A stretch of 64,000 nucleotides of DNA from an uncultured Actinomycetes bacterium (GCA_963706025.1 CAVPLM010000005.1:448001-512000); one strand, 5' to 3'. Positions 30,131 through 41,906 are shown, counted from the stretch's first letter. Program-made: numbers and translations. Notes: generated by a model not told the origin, from the sequence alone.

Positions 30131-31678
30131 CTATTCATCCCCACACAGAGAGCGTCCCGTCATCACCGCCGGCGCCTTCAGGCCCATGAAGCACAGAATC
30201 GTAGGGGCCACATCGGCCAGCCCGGCGCCCTCGCGCGGGGTCACCCCTTCGTCCAGAATGATCAAGGGGACCTTGGCGGTGGTGTGAGCCGTGTTGGGAC
30301 TCCCGTTCGTTTCAACCATCGATTCGGCGTTCCCGTGATCGGACGTCACCATGACTTTCGCTCCCAGGCCCTCCAAAACCTTCAATACCCGCCCCAGACA
30401 GTGGTCGACATGCTGGATGGCCTCGACTGTCGCGCGTATGTCGCCTGTATGTCCCACCATGTCGGGATTGGCGAAGTTCAACACCACCAGGTCGACCGGG
30501 TTCTCCGCCATCGCCTTCTCAAAACACTCCGCCACTTCGTAGGCGCTCATGGCCGGCTTCTCGTCGTAGGTGGCCACGTCTCTCGGCGACGCGACCAGCC
30601 TGCGCTCTTCCCCCGGGAACGGTTCCTCCCGACCACCGTTGAAGAAGAACGTCACGTGCGCGTACTTCTCCGTCTCGGCGATGTGCAACTGAGTGAGGCC
30701 GGCGGCGCTCACCACCTCGGCCAATACGTGTCGCGGCTCGTCTTTGGGGAAGGCGACGGCGAGCCCAAGGTGGGGATCATATTCCGTCATGCCGACGAAG
30801 TCGATATCGGGCGGCGCCCCGTCCCGGTCGAACCCGGTGAAGTCAGACTGGGTGAGGGCGGCCGCCAACTCCCGCACCCGATCCGGCCTGAAGTTGAAGA
30901 AGACCACCCCGTCGCCCTCACGCACCCGGCTATCCGGGTCGTCGCCAATGACGGTCGGCTGGACGAACTCGTCGGTCTCGCCGCGGGCATACGATTCCCG
31001 GATCGCCGCGGCAGCTTCAGCAGCCCGCAGTCCCCGGCCATGCACCAAAGCGTCGTAAGCAAGCTTGACCCTGTCCCAGCGGCGGTCCCGATCCATGGCG
31101 TAGTAACGACCGGATATCGTGGCGATCGCGCCCAGTCCCTCCGCCTCCATGAAGCCTTCGAGCTCGTCCACATAAGCTTCCCCCGCGGTCGGCGAGGTGT
31201 CGCGGCCGTCGGTGAAAGCGTGGATGTAGAGCCGATCTACTCCCCGCCGGTGGGCCATCTCGACGAGAGCCTTGAGGTGCTCCAGCGAGGAATGCACCCC
31301 GGCGTCGGATAACAAGCCCATGAGGTGTATCGAGCGACCACGGGTGACGGCTCCATCTATCACCGCCGCCAAGGCCGGGTTGTCGTAGAACGAGCCGTCT
31401 GCTATCGCCCGGTTGATGCGGGAAAGATCCTGGTAGATGACGCGCCCCGAACCCAGCGTCAGGTGCCCCACTTCCGAGTTGCCCATGACGCCCGGCGGCA
31501 GACCCACGGCTTCGCCGCTGGCTTCGAGAAGCGCATGGGGGTAGCGGGCCCACAGTGCGTCCCAAATCGGGGTGTCGGCCAGAGAGATGGCATTACCGGG
31601 TCCGGGAGGCGCGCAGCCCCAACCGTCCAATATGACGAGGGCTGCGCGCCGGTGTTCCGTGTTGCTCTCGATAGACAT
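30131..31678 (-). CDS. gpmI: 2,3-bisphosphoglycerate-independent phosphoglycerate mutase
   Basis: ILDGWG, MGNSEVGH, GRYYAMDRD, AETEKYAHVT, NPDMVGH and DHGNAE. Confidence 0.96.
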   Translation of the reverse strand: MSIESNTEHRRAALVILDGWGCAPPGPGNAISLADTPIWDALWARYPHALLEASGEAVGLPPGVMGNSEVGHLTLGSGRVIYQDLSRINRAIADGSFYDNPALAAVIDGAVTRGRSIHLMGLLSDAGVHSSLEHLKALVEMAHRRGVDRLYIHAFTDGRDTSPTAGEAYVDELEGFMEAEGLGAIATISGRYYAMDRDRRWDRVKLAYDALVHGRGLRAAEAAAAIRESYARGETDEFVQPTVIGDDPDSRVREGDGVVFFNFRPDRVRELAAALTQSDFTGFDRDGAPPDIDFVGMTEYDPHLGLAVAFPKDEPRHVLAEVVSAAGLTQLHIAETEKYAHVTFFFNGGREEPFPGEERRLVASPRDVATYDEKPAMSAYEVAECFEKAMAENPVDLVVLNFANPDMVGHTGDIRATVEAIQHVDHCLGRVLKVLEGLGAKVMVTSDHGNAESMVETNGSPNTAHTTAKVPLIILDEGVTPREGAGLADVAPTILCFMGLKAPAVMTGRSLCGDE

Positions 31679-31683
31679 GGCGG

Positions 31684-32467
31684 CTACAAGCTTTCGAACT
31701 CGACGATGCGCGCAAATGCCTCGACGTCGAGGCTCGCGCCTCCCACCAGCACGCCGTCTATGTCCGGTTGGGCCATGAGTTCATCGATGTTGTCCGGTCG
31801 GACGCTTCCCCCGTATAAGATCCGCACCGTCCCGGGCGCGTCCCCGCCGAGGAACTCCGCCGCCCTGGCGCGGCAGAACGCGACGGCCTCTTGCGCGATT
31901 TCAGGCGTAGCCGTCTTGCCTGTGCCTATGGCCCATTTGGGTTCGTAGGCGAGCGCCAGCGAGGGGCCTTCTTCAGACCGAACCTTCGAAAGGGCGGCCC
32001 GGATCTGTGCGGAGAGCAGCTCATCCGTCAGGCCCGCCTCGCGCTCGCCGGCGGTCTCCCCCACGCATACGATCGGAAGCAGTCCCTCGTTCAGAGCCGC
32101 CCGCACCTTCCGGGAGACCCAATCGTCGGTCTCGCCGAAGTACTGACGACGCTCGGAATGGCCGATGATGACGCCCTTCACCCCCAGATCGACCAGCATG
32201 CCCGGCGCCACCTCACCCGTATAGGCGCCTTCCGTCTCCCAGAATACGTCCTGGGCTGCCACGATGATGCCAGTGCCGGCGGCCGCCTTCACCGCCTCGG
32301 AGAGGCCGGTGAACGGCGGCGCCACCACCACCTCGCGGCCTTTCAACGACGCCCAGTCGAACGGCGAGGGCCTTCACGAACGCCGCGCCCTCGTCGCTGG
32401 TCTTGTACATCTTCCAGTTGCCGGCGATAAGCGGCACCCGCGCCGGGCCGCCAGCCTGTCCGGCCAT
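31684..32467 (-). CDS. tpiA: Triosephosphate isomerase (+1 frameshift ~32342)
   Basis: IAGNWKM in the first piece; GHSERR, AYEP.WAIGTG, YGGSV and LVGGASL in the second. Confidence 0.94.
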
Positions 32468-33657
32468 CAGGTCTGTTCCCGGTCGGGAAGTGCGACCACG
32501 CCCGGCAGCGCCGCGCCTTCGAGGAGTTCGAGCGCAGCCCCTCCGCCCATGGACACGTGATCCATCTGCTCCGCCAAGCCGAACTTGTTGAGGGCCGCGA
32601 CCGAATCGCCACCACCGACGATCGTGACTGCCGAACTTGCGGCCATGGCTTCCGCCACCGCCCGGGTGCCGGCCGCGAAGGGGGCCATTTCGAACACACC
32701 CATCGGGCCGTTCCAGAAGACTTCTCCCGCCTCCCCTATCGCAGCGGCGTAGGCCGCAGCCGTCCGCGGGCCGATATCGACCCCCATCCAGCCCTCGGGG
32801 ATAGCGTCCACGCCCACGATCCGGGTGGCAGCATCCTCGGCGAAAGCGTCCGCCACCAACACGTCTTCCGGCAGGACCAACTCGCAGCGCCCGCCGGCGG
32901 CTTTCTTCAAGGACGCCGCCGCCACCGGGACGCCTTCCTCCTCGACCTTGGACGCGCCGACGGCCAGGCCCTTCGCCTTCAGGAAGGCAAAACTCATCGC
33001 TCCACCGATCAGCACCTTATCCGCCAGGTCGAGGAACCGATCGATCACCTTGATCTTGTCGGTCACTTTGGCTCCGCCCAGGATCACCAGGAACGGTCTC
33101 CGTGGAGCCGCCAACAAGCCTTCCAGGGCCGCCAGTTCCTTTTCCATCTGCAATCCGGCTACCGCCGGCAGGACCGCCGCCAGACCGGCAGTGGTGGCGT
33201 GGGCCCGGTGGGCGGCACTGAAGGCGTCGTTCACGTATAGGTCGCCCAGGCACGCCAGCTGCTTCACGAGAGCAGGATCGTTCTTCTTCTCGCGGGGATC
33301 GAAGCGGGAGTTCTCCAAGAGCAGGACGTCCCCGGACTCCATGGTCGCCACGGCAGCCTCCACTCCGGGCCCCGAGAGCTCGCTCATCTTGCGCACGGGC
33401 GCCGACAGCAGTCGCGCCAGACGCATCGCCACCGGGTCGAGCTGCAAGGCAGCGTCGGGCCCGTCTTTGGGCCGGCCCAGGTGTGACATGAGGATGACCC
33501 GGCAGCCCTGCTCCCTCAGATACCGGATGGTCGGCAGGGCCGCCCTTATCCGAGTATCGTCGGTCACAAACCCATCCTTCAGGGGGACGTTGAAGTCCAC
33601 GCGCACGAGTACCCGTTTGCCGGCAACGTCGACATCGTGGACGGTCTTCTTGGCCAT
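32467..33657 (-). CDS. pgk: Phosphoglycerate kinase
   Basis: RVDFNVP, SHLGRP, NDAF..AHRAH, WNGPMGVFE and GGGDS. Confidence 0.97.
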   Translation of the reverse strand: MAKKTVHDVDVAGKRVLVRVDFNVPLKDGFVTDDTRIRAALPTIRYLREQGCRVILMSHLGRPKDGPDAALQLDPVAMRLARLLSAPVRKMSELSGPGVEAAVATMESGDVLLLENSRFDPREKKNDPALVKQLACLGDLYVNDAFSAAHRAHATTAGLAAVLPAVAGLQMEKELAALEGLLAAPRRPFLVILGGAKVTDKIKVIDRFLDLADKVLIGGAMSFAFLKAKGLAVGASKVEEEGVPVAAASLKKAAGGRCELVLPEDVLVADAFAEDAATRIVGVDAIPEGWMGVDIGPRTAAAYAAAIGEAGEVFWNGPMGVFEMAPFAAGTRAVAEAMAASSAVTIVGGGDSVAALNKFGLAEQMDHVSMGGGAALELLEGAALPGVVALPDREQT

Positions 33658-33681
33658 GACGCGCCCTTTCCCGTAACCTCT

Positions 33682-34692
<1,011 letters not shown>

Positions 34693-34719
34693 TTAAGTCG
34701 ACGATTCCCGAACCCTCCG

Positions 34720-35700
34720 TCAGCGAACGCGCATCTTACCACAAGCCCTCTGGCCCTCTGCTCGCTCCGCGGCTTGGACCAAGCGTCGCAGCCGGTGATT
34801 CACCGCGGACCGGGAGAGGCCCTCCCCACCCGCTTCTGCCAGCTCCGACAGGTTCATGTACGGAAAGCGCAGGCGCAGTTCCGCGACCTCGCGCAGAGCC
34901 GGCGACAACGTGGCGTACCGTCCCGTTCGCTCCAGAGCGGCCACTGCCTCCATCTGCCGCGCTGCCGCCGCACCGGTCCGACGCAGATTGGCAGAGTCGC
35001 AGTTGGCCAGGCGATTAGCACGGGACCGCACTTCCTTGACCACCGCCTGCTCCTCCAACAGCAGGGCCGACTCCTGCGCTCCCGCAAGAGCCAACAGACC
35101 GGCCACGTCGTCTCTGCCCTTGAGATATACCACGAAACTTCCCCGCCGGAACCTCTGCCCCGGATGGAAGTGTATGTCACGCAGTAGACGCAAGAGATCC
35201 TCGGCGAACACCTGGTGGGGTGTGACTATCTCCAGATGGGCTTCCCTCTGTGGCGAATTGGCCGAACCGGCTCCGATCAGACACCCGCGGAGAAAGGCTC
35301 CTCTACAACAGCTCTTCTTCACCAACCGCCTAGCGATGCCGGGTTGAAGCTGGAAACCGTCGCTCAATACCCCCATCTCGTTGAGCGCCTGCAGGGCGGA
35401 GGGCGAGCCCTTCAGGTGAAGCTCATAAACCAATCGGTGCCGGAAGCGAGGCTCTCTCCGGGTAAGCAGTTCCCCTTCCGCCCCATAGGCTTTGAACTGC
35501 GAGAAAGCCATTTTCGCGGCTGCCTGCACGGTCGTGGAGAGGTGTATCTCGTAGCGGTCCGTTTCAGCGACACCCCCCCTGATCAGAAAGGACCCGGCCG
35601 TGTGCATCAGACCGGCCAATGCGGCCATACGGCAACACGGCTGCCGTTCTTCGGCGCGCGCAAGCTCCTCCCGAAAGGCGCGGGTGAACCCAGCGGCCAT
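34720..35700 (-). CDS. whiA: DNA-binding protein WhiA
   Basis: AFLRGCL..GS..P..HLEI, NRLANCDSANL and SRSAVNHRLRRL. Confidence 0.93.
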   Translation of the reverse strand: MAAGFTRAFREELARAEERQPCCRMAALAGLMHTAGSFLIRGGVAETDRYEIHLSTTVQAAAKMAFSQFKAYGAEGELLTRREPRFRHRLVYELHLKGSPSALQALNEMGVLSDGFQLQPGIARRLVKKSCCRGAFLRGCLIGAGSANSPQREAHLEIVTPHQVFAEDLLRLLRDIHFHPGQRFRRGSFVVYLKGRDDVAGLLALAGAQESALLLEEQAVVKEVRSRANRLANCDSANLRRTGAAAARQMEAVAALERTGRYATLSPALREVAELRLRFPYMNLSELAEAGGEGLSRSAVNHRLRRLVQAAERAEGQRACGKMRVR

Positions 35701-35702
35701 GC

Positions 35703-36581
35703 TCAGACCGTCCGCTCGATATCCCTGTGAGACACGCTGATGACCACACCTGGATCATCCTTGAACCTTCGGGCCAGCTCCTCTACCAACACTACCGACC
35801 GATGCCGTCCGCCCGTACAACCGATAGCCAGGACCAGCCGTCGTTTCTGTTCGGACAGGAAACGCGGGCCCAGGAACCGCACGAGGTCGACGACCGCGTC
35901 GAGGAAGTGCCCGGCCCCCTCCAGCCCTAATACGTACCGCATCAGCGGCTCGTCCAGACCGCTTGACGCACACAGCTCGGGGACCCAGTGCGGATTGGGC
36001 AAGAAGCGGGAGTCCAACACGATGTCCGCTTCGTCGGGGAGCCCGAACTTGTAGCCGAAGGAAACGAGACTCACCAACAGCTCGTTACTCAACTGCTCGG
36101 CCAGCAGCGTCTCTTCCAGTCGTCTACGGAGCTCGCGGGGGGACATCCCCGTCGTGTCGATCACCAGGTCGGCCTGCCCGCGCAGGGTGGACAGCAGCAG
36201 CCGCTCGCGCTCGATCCCCTGGACGGAACTCGAGCGGGAGAGAGGATGTGGCCTTCTGGTCGCCTGATAGCGAGCCACCAGAGCCTCCTCAGAAGCCTCC
36301 AGGTACAGCAGGCGGTAGGAAACGCCCGACTCTCGCAGGTAGTCGAGGGATTGGCCCAGCTGCTCGAAGTAAGTGCGTGCACGCACATCGAAGACCAGAG
36401 CCACTCGGTCGACGCGGCTGCCTTCGAGACTGAAGAGTTCCACTACCCGGGGCAACATCTGCGGCGGGAGGTTATCGATGCAGAAGTAGCCCATATCTTC
36501 AAAGGTGGCGACCGCCTCCGATTTGCCTGCACCGGACAGCCCGGTGATCACAGTCAGTTGTAGCCGGCGTGCCTCGTTCAT
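35703..36581 (-). CDS. rapZ: RNase adapter RapZ/YvcJ P-loop protein
   Basis: ITGLSGAGKS, DNLPP, SFGYKFG, RFLPNP and GCTGGRHRSV. Confidence 0.94.
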   Translation of the reverse strand: MNEARRLQLTVITGLSGAGKSEAVATFEDMGYFCIDNLPPQMLPRVVELFSLEGSRVDRVALVFDVRARTYFEQLGQSLDYLRESGVSYRLLYLEASEEALVARYQATRRPHPLSRSSSVQGIERERLLLSTLRGQADLVIDTTGMSPRELRRRLEETLLAEQLSNELLVSLVSFGYKFGLPDEADIVLDSRFLPNPHWVPELCASSGLDEPLMRYVLGLEGAGHFLDAVVDLVRFLGPRFLSEQKRRLVLAIGCTGGRHRSVVLVEELARRFKDDPGVVISVSHRDIERTV

Positions 36582-37141
36582 CTCTTCTCTGCCTCTGAAG
36601 TAAGGACGCCCGCCCGCTCATGGGCCAGCAGGCGGCCTTTCCACGCAGGGTCGTCGCCGTAGTTGCCCAAGCTGCCATCCGCGCGGATGACCCGATGGCA
36701 GGGAACGACCACGGGGATCGGGTTCGCCGCCATGACGTTGCCGACCGCCCGGGCGGCTCGGGGGTATCCGGCCATCTCGGCCAACTCACCGTAGGCCACC
36801 GTGGCTCCAGCAGGGATCGAAAGCAAGGCCACGTACACCGCGTGTTCGAAGGGGCCCAGGGAGAGCGCTTCTAGAGGGACCTCCTCCGCGCTCCAGGCGA
36901 GACGCTCCCCTCGGAAGTAAGCCTCCAACTCGGCCGCCCAGAGCTCCAAAGCCGCCTGGTCGGCCGCCTGGTAGGCAGGCGAAGCCTCACGAGCCTCTGC
37001 CCGCCCTTCGACGGATACCGCCGGCTCGCCCGCGGATCCCGGCGCTCCCGGCAACTCCACGGCCACCAGCTTCCCCCGGCTCACCCATACCGACCCCGCG
37101 CCCCAGGGCGTTTGGTACCGACTAACCCGTCTTGTGGACAT
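36578..37141 (-). CDS. ogt: Methylated-DNA-protein-cysteine methyltransferase
   Basis: YGELA, AARAVG and active site VPCHRV. Confidence 0.92.
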   Translation of the reverse strand: MSTRRVSRYQTPWGAGSVWVSRGKLVAVELPGAPGSAGEPAVSVEGRAEAREASPAYQAADQAALELWAAELEAYFRGERLAWSAEEVPLEALSLGPFEHAVYVALLSIPAGATVAYGELAEMAGYPRAARAVGNVMAANPIPVVVPCHRVIRADGSLGNYGDDPAWKGRLLAHERAGVLTSEAEKR

Positions 37142-38990
37142 ACGCGTATATCTCCCTCGCCACTTTGCCGGGCAGCCCCGGCACGGCCTCGAGTTCCTCC
37201 CTGGTCGCCTCTAGGAAACGCTCCGGAGAGCCGAAATGCTGAACTATGGCTTGCTTCCGCCTGGCCCCGACTCCAGGGAGCTGGTCCAGAAGTGATGTTG
37301 TGGCCTGGGCCGCCCGCTTGCCTCGGTGGAAGCCGAGGGCAAAACGATGGGCCTCGTCTCGGACCCTCTGCAGGAGGAGAAGACCGGGGTCGTCCGCGCC
37401 CAGATCGAGCGGAGCGGGGGACCAGGGGACGAACACCTCCTCCTCCCTCTTTGCGAGGGATATGGCGGTGACCGCGTCCCCTAACCCTAGCTCTCGCAGG
37501 GCCCCCACTGCCGCCCCCAGCTGTCCCTTGCCCCCGTCGACCACCACCAGGTCCGGCACGGCTTCGAAAGACGGATCGTACCGTCCTTCGGTCTTTTCGC
37601 CGCTCCATGTGAAGCGACGCAGCAACGCCTCCCGCATGGCCCCCACGTCGTCCGGTCCCTGGGTCGAGTTTATGGCGAACTTCCGGTAGTCGGACTTCTT
37701 CGGCATCCCTCCTTCGAACACGACCATGGAGGCCACGGTGTTCTCAGCTCCGAGGTTGGATACGTCGAAGCCCTCGATCCGCACGGGGATTCCTTCAAGC
37801 CCCAGGCGCTCCTCCAAGGAAGTCAGGGCTCCATACCTCCGTTCGCGACTGCGCTCCTCCAGGAGTCGCTCGTGCGCCAAAGCCAGGCCGGCGTTGCGGT
37901 CGGCCAACTCCTGCAGCCGTCGCTTGTCGCCCCGCTCCGCCTGCCTGACCTCGATCTTCGTCCCCCGAAGCGTCTGCAGGAAGTCGGAGAGGCTTGCGGT
38001 GTCCTCGATCCCTCCCGGAACGATCAGTTCCGCGGGAAGAGTCAGCGCAGACCCGTAGTACTCGGCCACGAAACGCTCATAGACCTCTTGTTCCGTAGCT
38101 CCCTCGACGTTGACCAGCGTCAGGCTACGCCGATCGGCCAGCTTGCCGTCCCTGGTGATGAAAACCTGAACGTTCGCTCCCCAGCCGTCCATCGCCATGC
38201 CGGTGACGTCCGCCGATCTCAGGGAACTCGATTCGATCCGTTGCCGTTCCAGAACGTGATTCAGGGCTTCCAACCGGTCACGGAAAACCGCAGCACTCTC
38301 AAAATCTTGGTTGCCTGCCGCCTCCTGCATCGACAGCTGCAACTGCGCCACCACCTGGGTCTCCCGCCCGCTCAAGAAGTCCACCACCTGGCTCACGACG
38401 GCCCTGTAATCGGCCGCGTCCACCGTTCCCATGCACGGACCGGGGCAGCGCTGGATATGGAACTGCAGGCAGGGAGAGCCGCTCCGCCTACCCGGCTGCG
38501 GGCCGCGGCAGGCCCGGACCGGGAACACCCGCCCGAGCACGTCCAGAGTCTCGCGCACCTTCGCGGCGCTCGCGAACGGACCGAAGTACAGGTTCCCGCG
38601 CCGGTGCTGCTGCCGCGTGAACATCACCCGCGGGAACTCGTCCTCAGCGGTGACGAGTATGTACGGGTAGGACTTATCGTCACGAAGGCGGATATTGAAC
38701 TGAGGCCGGTGTTGCTTGATGAGGTTGTGCTCCAGCAGAAGCGCCTCCACTTCGCTGGTGGTGGCGATCCATTCGACCGTGGCCGCCCGACCCACCATCT
38801 CGGCCATTCGGGCCGGAGCCCGGCTGCCGTTCCTCCCCTCCACGGCAGGCAAGTAGCCGGCCAGTCGCTTTCTGAGCGAGAGCGCCTTGCCCACGTACAA
38901 CACCTCGCCGGCCTCATCCCGGTATAGGTAGACGCCCGGTACGTCGGGGGCGTGCTTGATCTGATGACGGAGTTCTTCGGTCGCGCTCAT
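37122..38990 (-). CDS. uvrC: Excinuclease ABC subunit C
   Basis: GIY-YIG (PGVYLY..YVGKA), DDKSYP, EGFDVS, VDGGKGQ, RDEAHRFA and HhH; ATG at 38990. Confidence 0.96.
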   Translation of the reverse strand: MSATEELRHQIKHAPDVPGVYLYRDEAGEVLYVGKALSLRKRLAGYLPAVEGRNGSRAPARMAEMVGRAATVEWIATTSEVEALLLEHNLIKQHRPQFNIRLRDDKSYPYILVTAEDEFPRVMFTRQQHRRGNLYFGPFASAAKVRETLDVLGRVFPVRACRGPQPGRRSGSPCLQFHIQRCPGPCMGTVDAADYRAVVSQVVDFLSGRETQVVAQLQLSMQEAAGNQDFESAAVFRDRLEALNHVLERQRIESSSLRSADVTGMAMDGWGANVQVFITRDGKLADRRSLTLVNVEGATEQEVYERFVAEYYGSALTLPAELIVPGGIEDTASLSDFLQTLRGTKIEVRQAERGDKRRLQELADRNAGLALAHERLLEERSRERRYGALTSLEERLGLEGIPVRIEGFDVSNLGAENTVASMVVFEGGMPKKSDYRKFAINSTQGPDDVGAMREALLRRFTWSGEKTEGRYDPSFEAVPDLVVVDGGKGQLGAAVGALRELGLGDAVTAISLAKREEEVFVPWSPAPLDLGADDPGLLLLQRVRDEAHRFALGFHRGKRAAQATTSLLDQLPGVGARRKQAIVQHFGSPERFLEATREELEAVPGLPGKVAREIYAYVHKTG

Positions 38991-39162
38991 ATGGGTCAAG
39001 TGTACCCCACCCCCTGCGCGAAGCTGCGTCGACCGGGGTACAGCCGCCCCTGGCGTCGCGGGGAGCCGCGAGAGGGACGGGAAGCACCCCATGTTATACT
39101 TTCGCGCCTACGGCTCCGCTCTCTCACGACCATGCATTCGAACATATCCGTTGGGGGTGACA

Positions 39163-40791
39163 GTGGCACTGGCAGGATTACCGCTCGAAGAACGGCAGAT
39201 GATCCTCGATCTGCTTTCACAGCTCCGTCAGCGGCTGTTGACGCCCGAGAAGATCCGTGGGTACGATCAGGACGAGATCTTCCCAGAGGACGTCATCCGG
39301 GAATTGCTCGGACCCAATATCGGCCTACAGTTGCTCTTCATACCCGAAGAATATGGCGGTCTGGGCGGTGGAGCCCGCGACATAGCGGCGGTCTCGGAGG
39401 AACTGGCGAAGATCTGCCTCGGAGTCGGCACTGCGTTTCTGGCGATCCACCTGGGAGCCGATCCGATCCTGGTAGGCGCGACCGACGCCCAGAAACAGAA
39501 GTGGCTCACCAGACTCGCTGAAGACGGCGCGATCGTCGCCTATGCCGTCACCGAACCGGAAGCCGGAAGCAATCTCGCCAGTCTCAAGACGTCGGCCACT
39601 CCTGTCCTTGATGACCAAGGCGTGATCACCGGCTATAGGATCAACGGTACCAAGCAATTCATCTCCAACGGCAGCTTCGCCGACTTCCTGACCGTCCTTG
39701 CCCAGGCACCGGAGGGGCCGACCTTCTTCATCGTCGAGAAGAACATGAGTGGGTTCACACCCGGCAAACCTGAAGAGAAGCACGGAATCAGGTGTTCGAA
39801 CACCGCATCCCTGACCTTCGACGACGTCTTCGTTCCCATCGACAATCTAGTCGGTGGCATCCCAGGAAAGGGTTTAGCACAAGCCAATCAGGTCTTTGGA
39901 TACACCCGGCTGATGGTCGCGGCGTTCGGTCTAGGAGCCGCTGTCGCTGCGCTTGAGAAGGTGATCCCTTACGCGAAGCAGCGGATCCAATTCGGTTCCC
40001 CGCTGATTGAGAAACAGGGCTACACCCACAAATTGATCGTACCGTTCGTTGCGAAGCTCGAAGCCGCCCGCGCCTACATCGAAGAAGTCGCTGCTAGGTT
40101 AGATGCCGGCGAGACAGATCTCCAAGTAGAAGGTTCACTGGCAAAACTCTATACGACGGAAGTGGCCAATGCCTGTGCCGACGCCGCGATCCAGGCGCTC
40201 GGGGGCTACGGATACACCAGGGAGTACGACGTCGAGAAGATAAAGCGGGATGTGAAGATCACCACTATCTACGAAGGAACCAGCGAGATCCAGCAGATGA
40301 TCATAAGCACGTTCAGATGGCGGACTTCGGTCTCGTCGAAAGGCGCCTTCTACGAATCCTTGGCCCAGCAGATGGACGCGGTGCATCACGAACACGGCGA
40401 TCTGAAAGCCGACGCGTTTGCCGGCATCTTGCGTCTGTTGAATCGTCTCTTCGAAGAGGTCCATAGGACGAAGGCGACCCGCCAGCAGCACGTCATGTTT
40501 CAGATGGCCACCCTGGCCTCGCTAGCGGAGACCGGCGCCGCCTTGATCAGCAAGGCCGCCCGGGGCGACGGTTTCACGCCTGAAAAGGCCGCCTATCTGA
40601 AGCAGTGCGCGCGAATAGATGCCGCCTTGTCTGCGCAGAGCGCGTTCGCCATCGCAAACGAGGTTCTGCTTGGCTCAGGACTGTGGGCGCCTTCGGAGGC
40701 CGATGCGATTCTGGAGTCGGCGGGATTCGACTACCAGGCCTCGCAGGCTGGTCTGATCTCGGATATGGACGCTCTGCGAACGATGATCTGA
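39163..40791 (+). CDS. Acyl-CoA dehydrogenase with C-terminal extension
   Basis: AYAVTEPEAGS, INGTKQFISNG, RIQFG, IQALGGYGY and TIYEGTSEIQ, then about 150 extra aa. Confidence 0.92.
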   Translation: MALAGLPLEERQMILDLLSQLRQRLLTPEKIRGYDQDEIFPEDVIRELLGPNIGLQLLFIPEEYGGLGGGARDIAAVSEELAKICLGVGTAFLAIHLGADPILVGATDAQKQKWLTRLAEDGAIVAYAVTEPEAGSNLASLKTSATPVLDDQGVITGYRINGTKQFISNGSFADFLTVLAQAPEGPTFFIVEKNMSGFTPGKPEEKHGIRCSNTASLTFDDVFVPIDNLVGGIPGKGLAQANQVFGYTRLMVAAFGLGAAVAALEKVIPYAKQRIQFGSPLIEKQGYTHKLIVPFVAKLEAARAYIEEVAARLDAGETDLQVEGSLAKLYTTEVANACADAAIQALGGYGYTREYDVEKIKRDVKITTIYEGTSEIQQMIISTFRWRTSVSSKGAFYESLAQQMDAVHHEHGDLKADAFAGILRLLNRLFEEVHRTKATRQQHVMFQMATLASLAETGAALISKAARGDGFTPEKAAYLKQCARIDAALSAQSAFAIANEVLLGSGLWAPSEADAILESAGFDYQASQAGLISDMDALRTMI

Positions 40792-40820
40792 AATCGCCTA
40801 TTTCCCATGGGAGCCCTCAG

Positions 40821-41879
40821 ATGAAAGACCTCGCCGCTCTCCTCACGATGTTCGCCGACGCTCACGGCCTCTCCGGCTACGAAGACGAGGTCGCCACCTT
40901 GCTGAGGAGCGAACTGGAGCCGCTGGTCGACGAGGTCCATATCGACAAGATGGGAAATGTCGTCGGCATCCGCGCCGGCGACGGCCCCACCGTCATGGTG
41001 GCCGCTCACATGGACGAGATCGGACTGATGGTCTCCCACATCGATGACGACGGCTACCTGCGGGTCGTGCCCATCGGCGGCTGGTTCGATCAGACCATCC
41101 TCAGCCAGCGGGTCATGGTCCATACGCTGGACGGCAAACGCATCCCAGGGGTCGTCGGCTCCCGGCCGCCTCACCTCATGGACGCCGAAGAGCGCAAGAA
41201 GATGGTCAAGCTTAAGGACATGTTCGTCGACTGTGGTGCCACCAGTGTGGCCAACGCCGGCGAGTTGGGGGTGGAGATCGGCTCCCCCATAACCATCGAC
41301 CGTGAGCTGCGGCGGATGGGCAACGACTTCGTCACCGGCAAGGCCCTCGATAACCGCGCCGGCATCGTGATGATGGTGGGTGCTCTCGAGCGACTCAAAG
41401 GCAAGAAAGTCCGGGCCACAGTGCAGGCGGTGGGGACCGTTCAAGAGGAGACGGGCTTGAAGGGCGCTCGCACGAGCGCCTACGGCCTGAATCCCGATGT
41501 CGCCCTCGCCACCGACGTGACCATCCCCGGCGACCACCCCGGGGTCAGTAGGAACGAAGCCCACGTCGTGGCCGGCAAAGGCCCGGCCATCACCGTCGTC
41601 GACGCGGCCGGTCGAGGCATCATGGCTCCGCGGCCGGTGCTTCGTTGGCTGCGGGACTCGGCGGAGAAGGCCTCCATCCCCTATCAGCTCGAAGTCGGCA
41701 ACGGCGGCAATACCGACGCCACCGCCATCTACATCTCCAGGACCGGCATCCCGTGCAGCGTCATCAGCGTACCGGCGCGCTACATCCATTCTCCTGTAGA
41801 GGTGCTCTCACTGCGCGATCTGGAGCAGGGTGCTGAGCTGATCGCCGCCGCCATCCGGCGGGCGCACGAATACTTCTAG
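40821..41879 (+). CDS. M42 family (TET-like) aminopeptidase
   Basis: Metal ligands AAHMDE, KALDNR, VQEE, ATD and RYIHS; ATG at 40821. Confidence 0.92.
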   Translation: MKDLAALLTMFADAHGLSGYEDEVATLLRSELEPLVDEVHIDKMGNVVGIRAGDGPTVMVAAHMDEIGLMVSHIDDDGYLRVVPIGGWFDQTILSQRVMVHTLDGKRIPGVVGSRPPHLMDAEERKKMVKLKDMFVDCGATSVANAGELGVEIGSPITIDRELRRMGNDFVTGKALDNRAGIVMMVGALERLKGKKVRATVQAVGTVQEETGLKGARTSAYGLNPDVALATDVTIPGDHPGVSRNEAHVVAGKGPAITVVDAAGRGIMAPRPVLRWLRDSAEKASIPYQLEVGNGGNTDATAIYISRTGIPCSVISVPARYIHSPVEVLSLRDLEQGAELIAAAIRRAHEYF

Positions 41880-41906
41880 TCCGGGCACGGTGAGAAGGCT
41901 CGAGGA

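Noticed and set aside
39138-39154. SOS box upstream of uvrC (TCGAACATATCCGTTG)
   Set aside because: Only a half-site; there is no GTTC at the 4-nt spacing.
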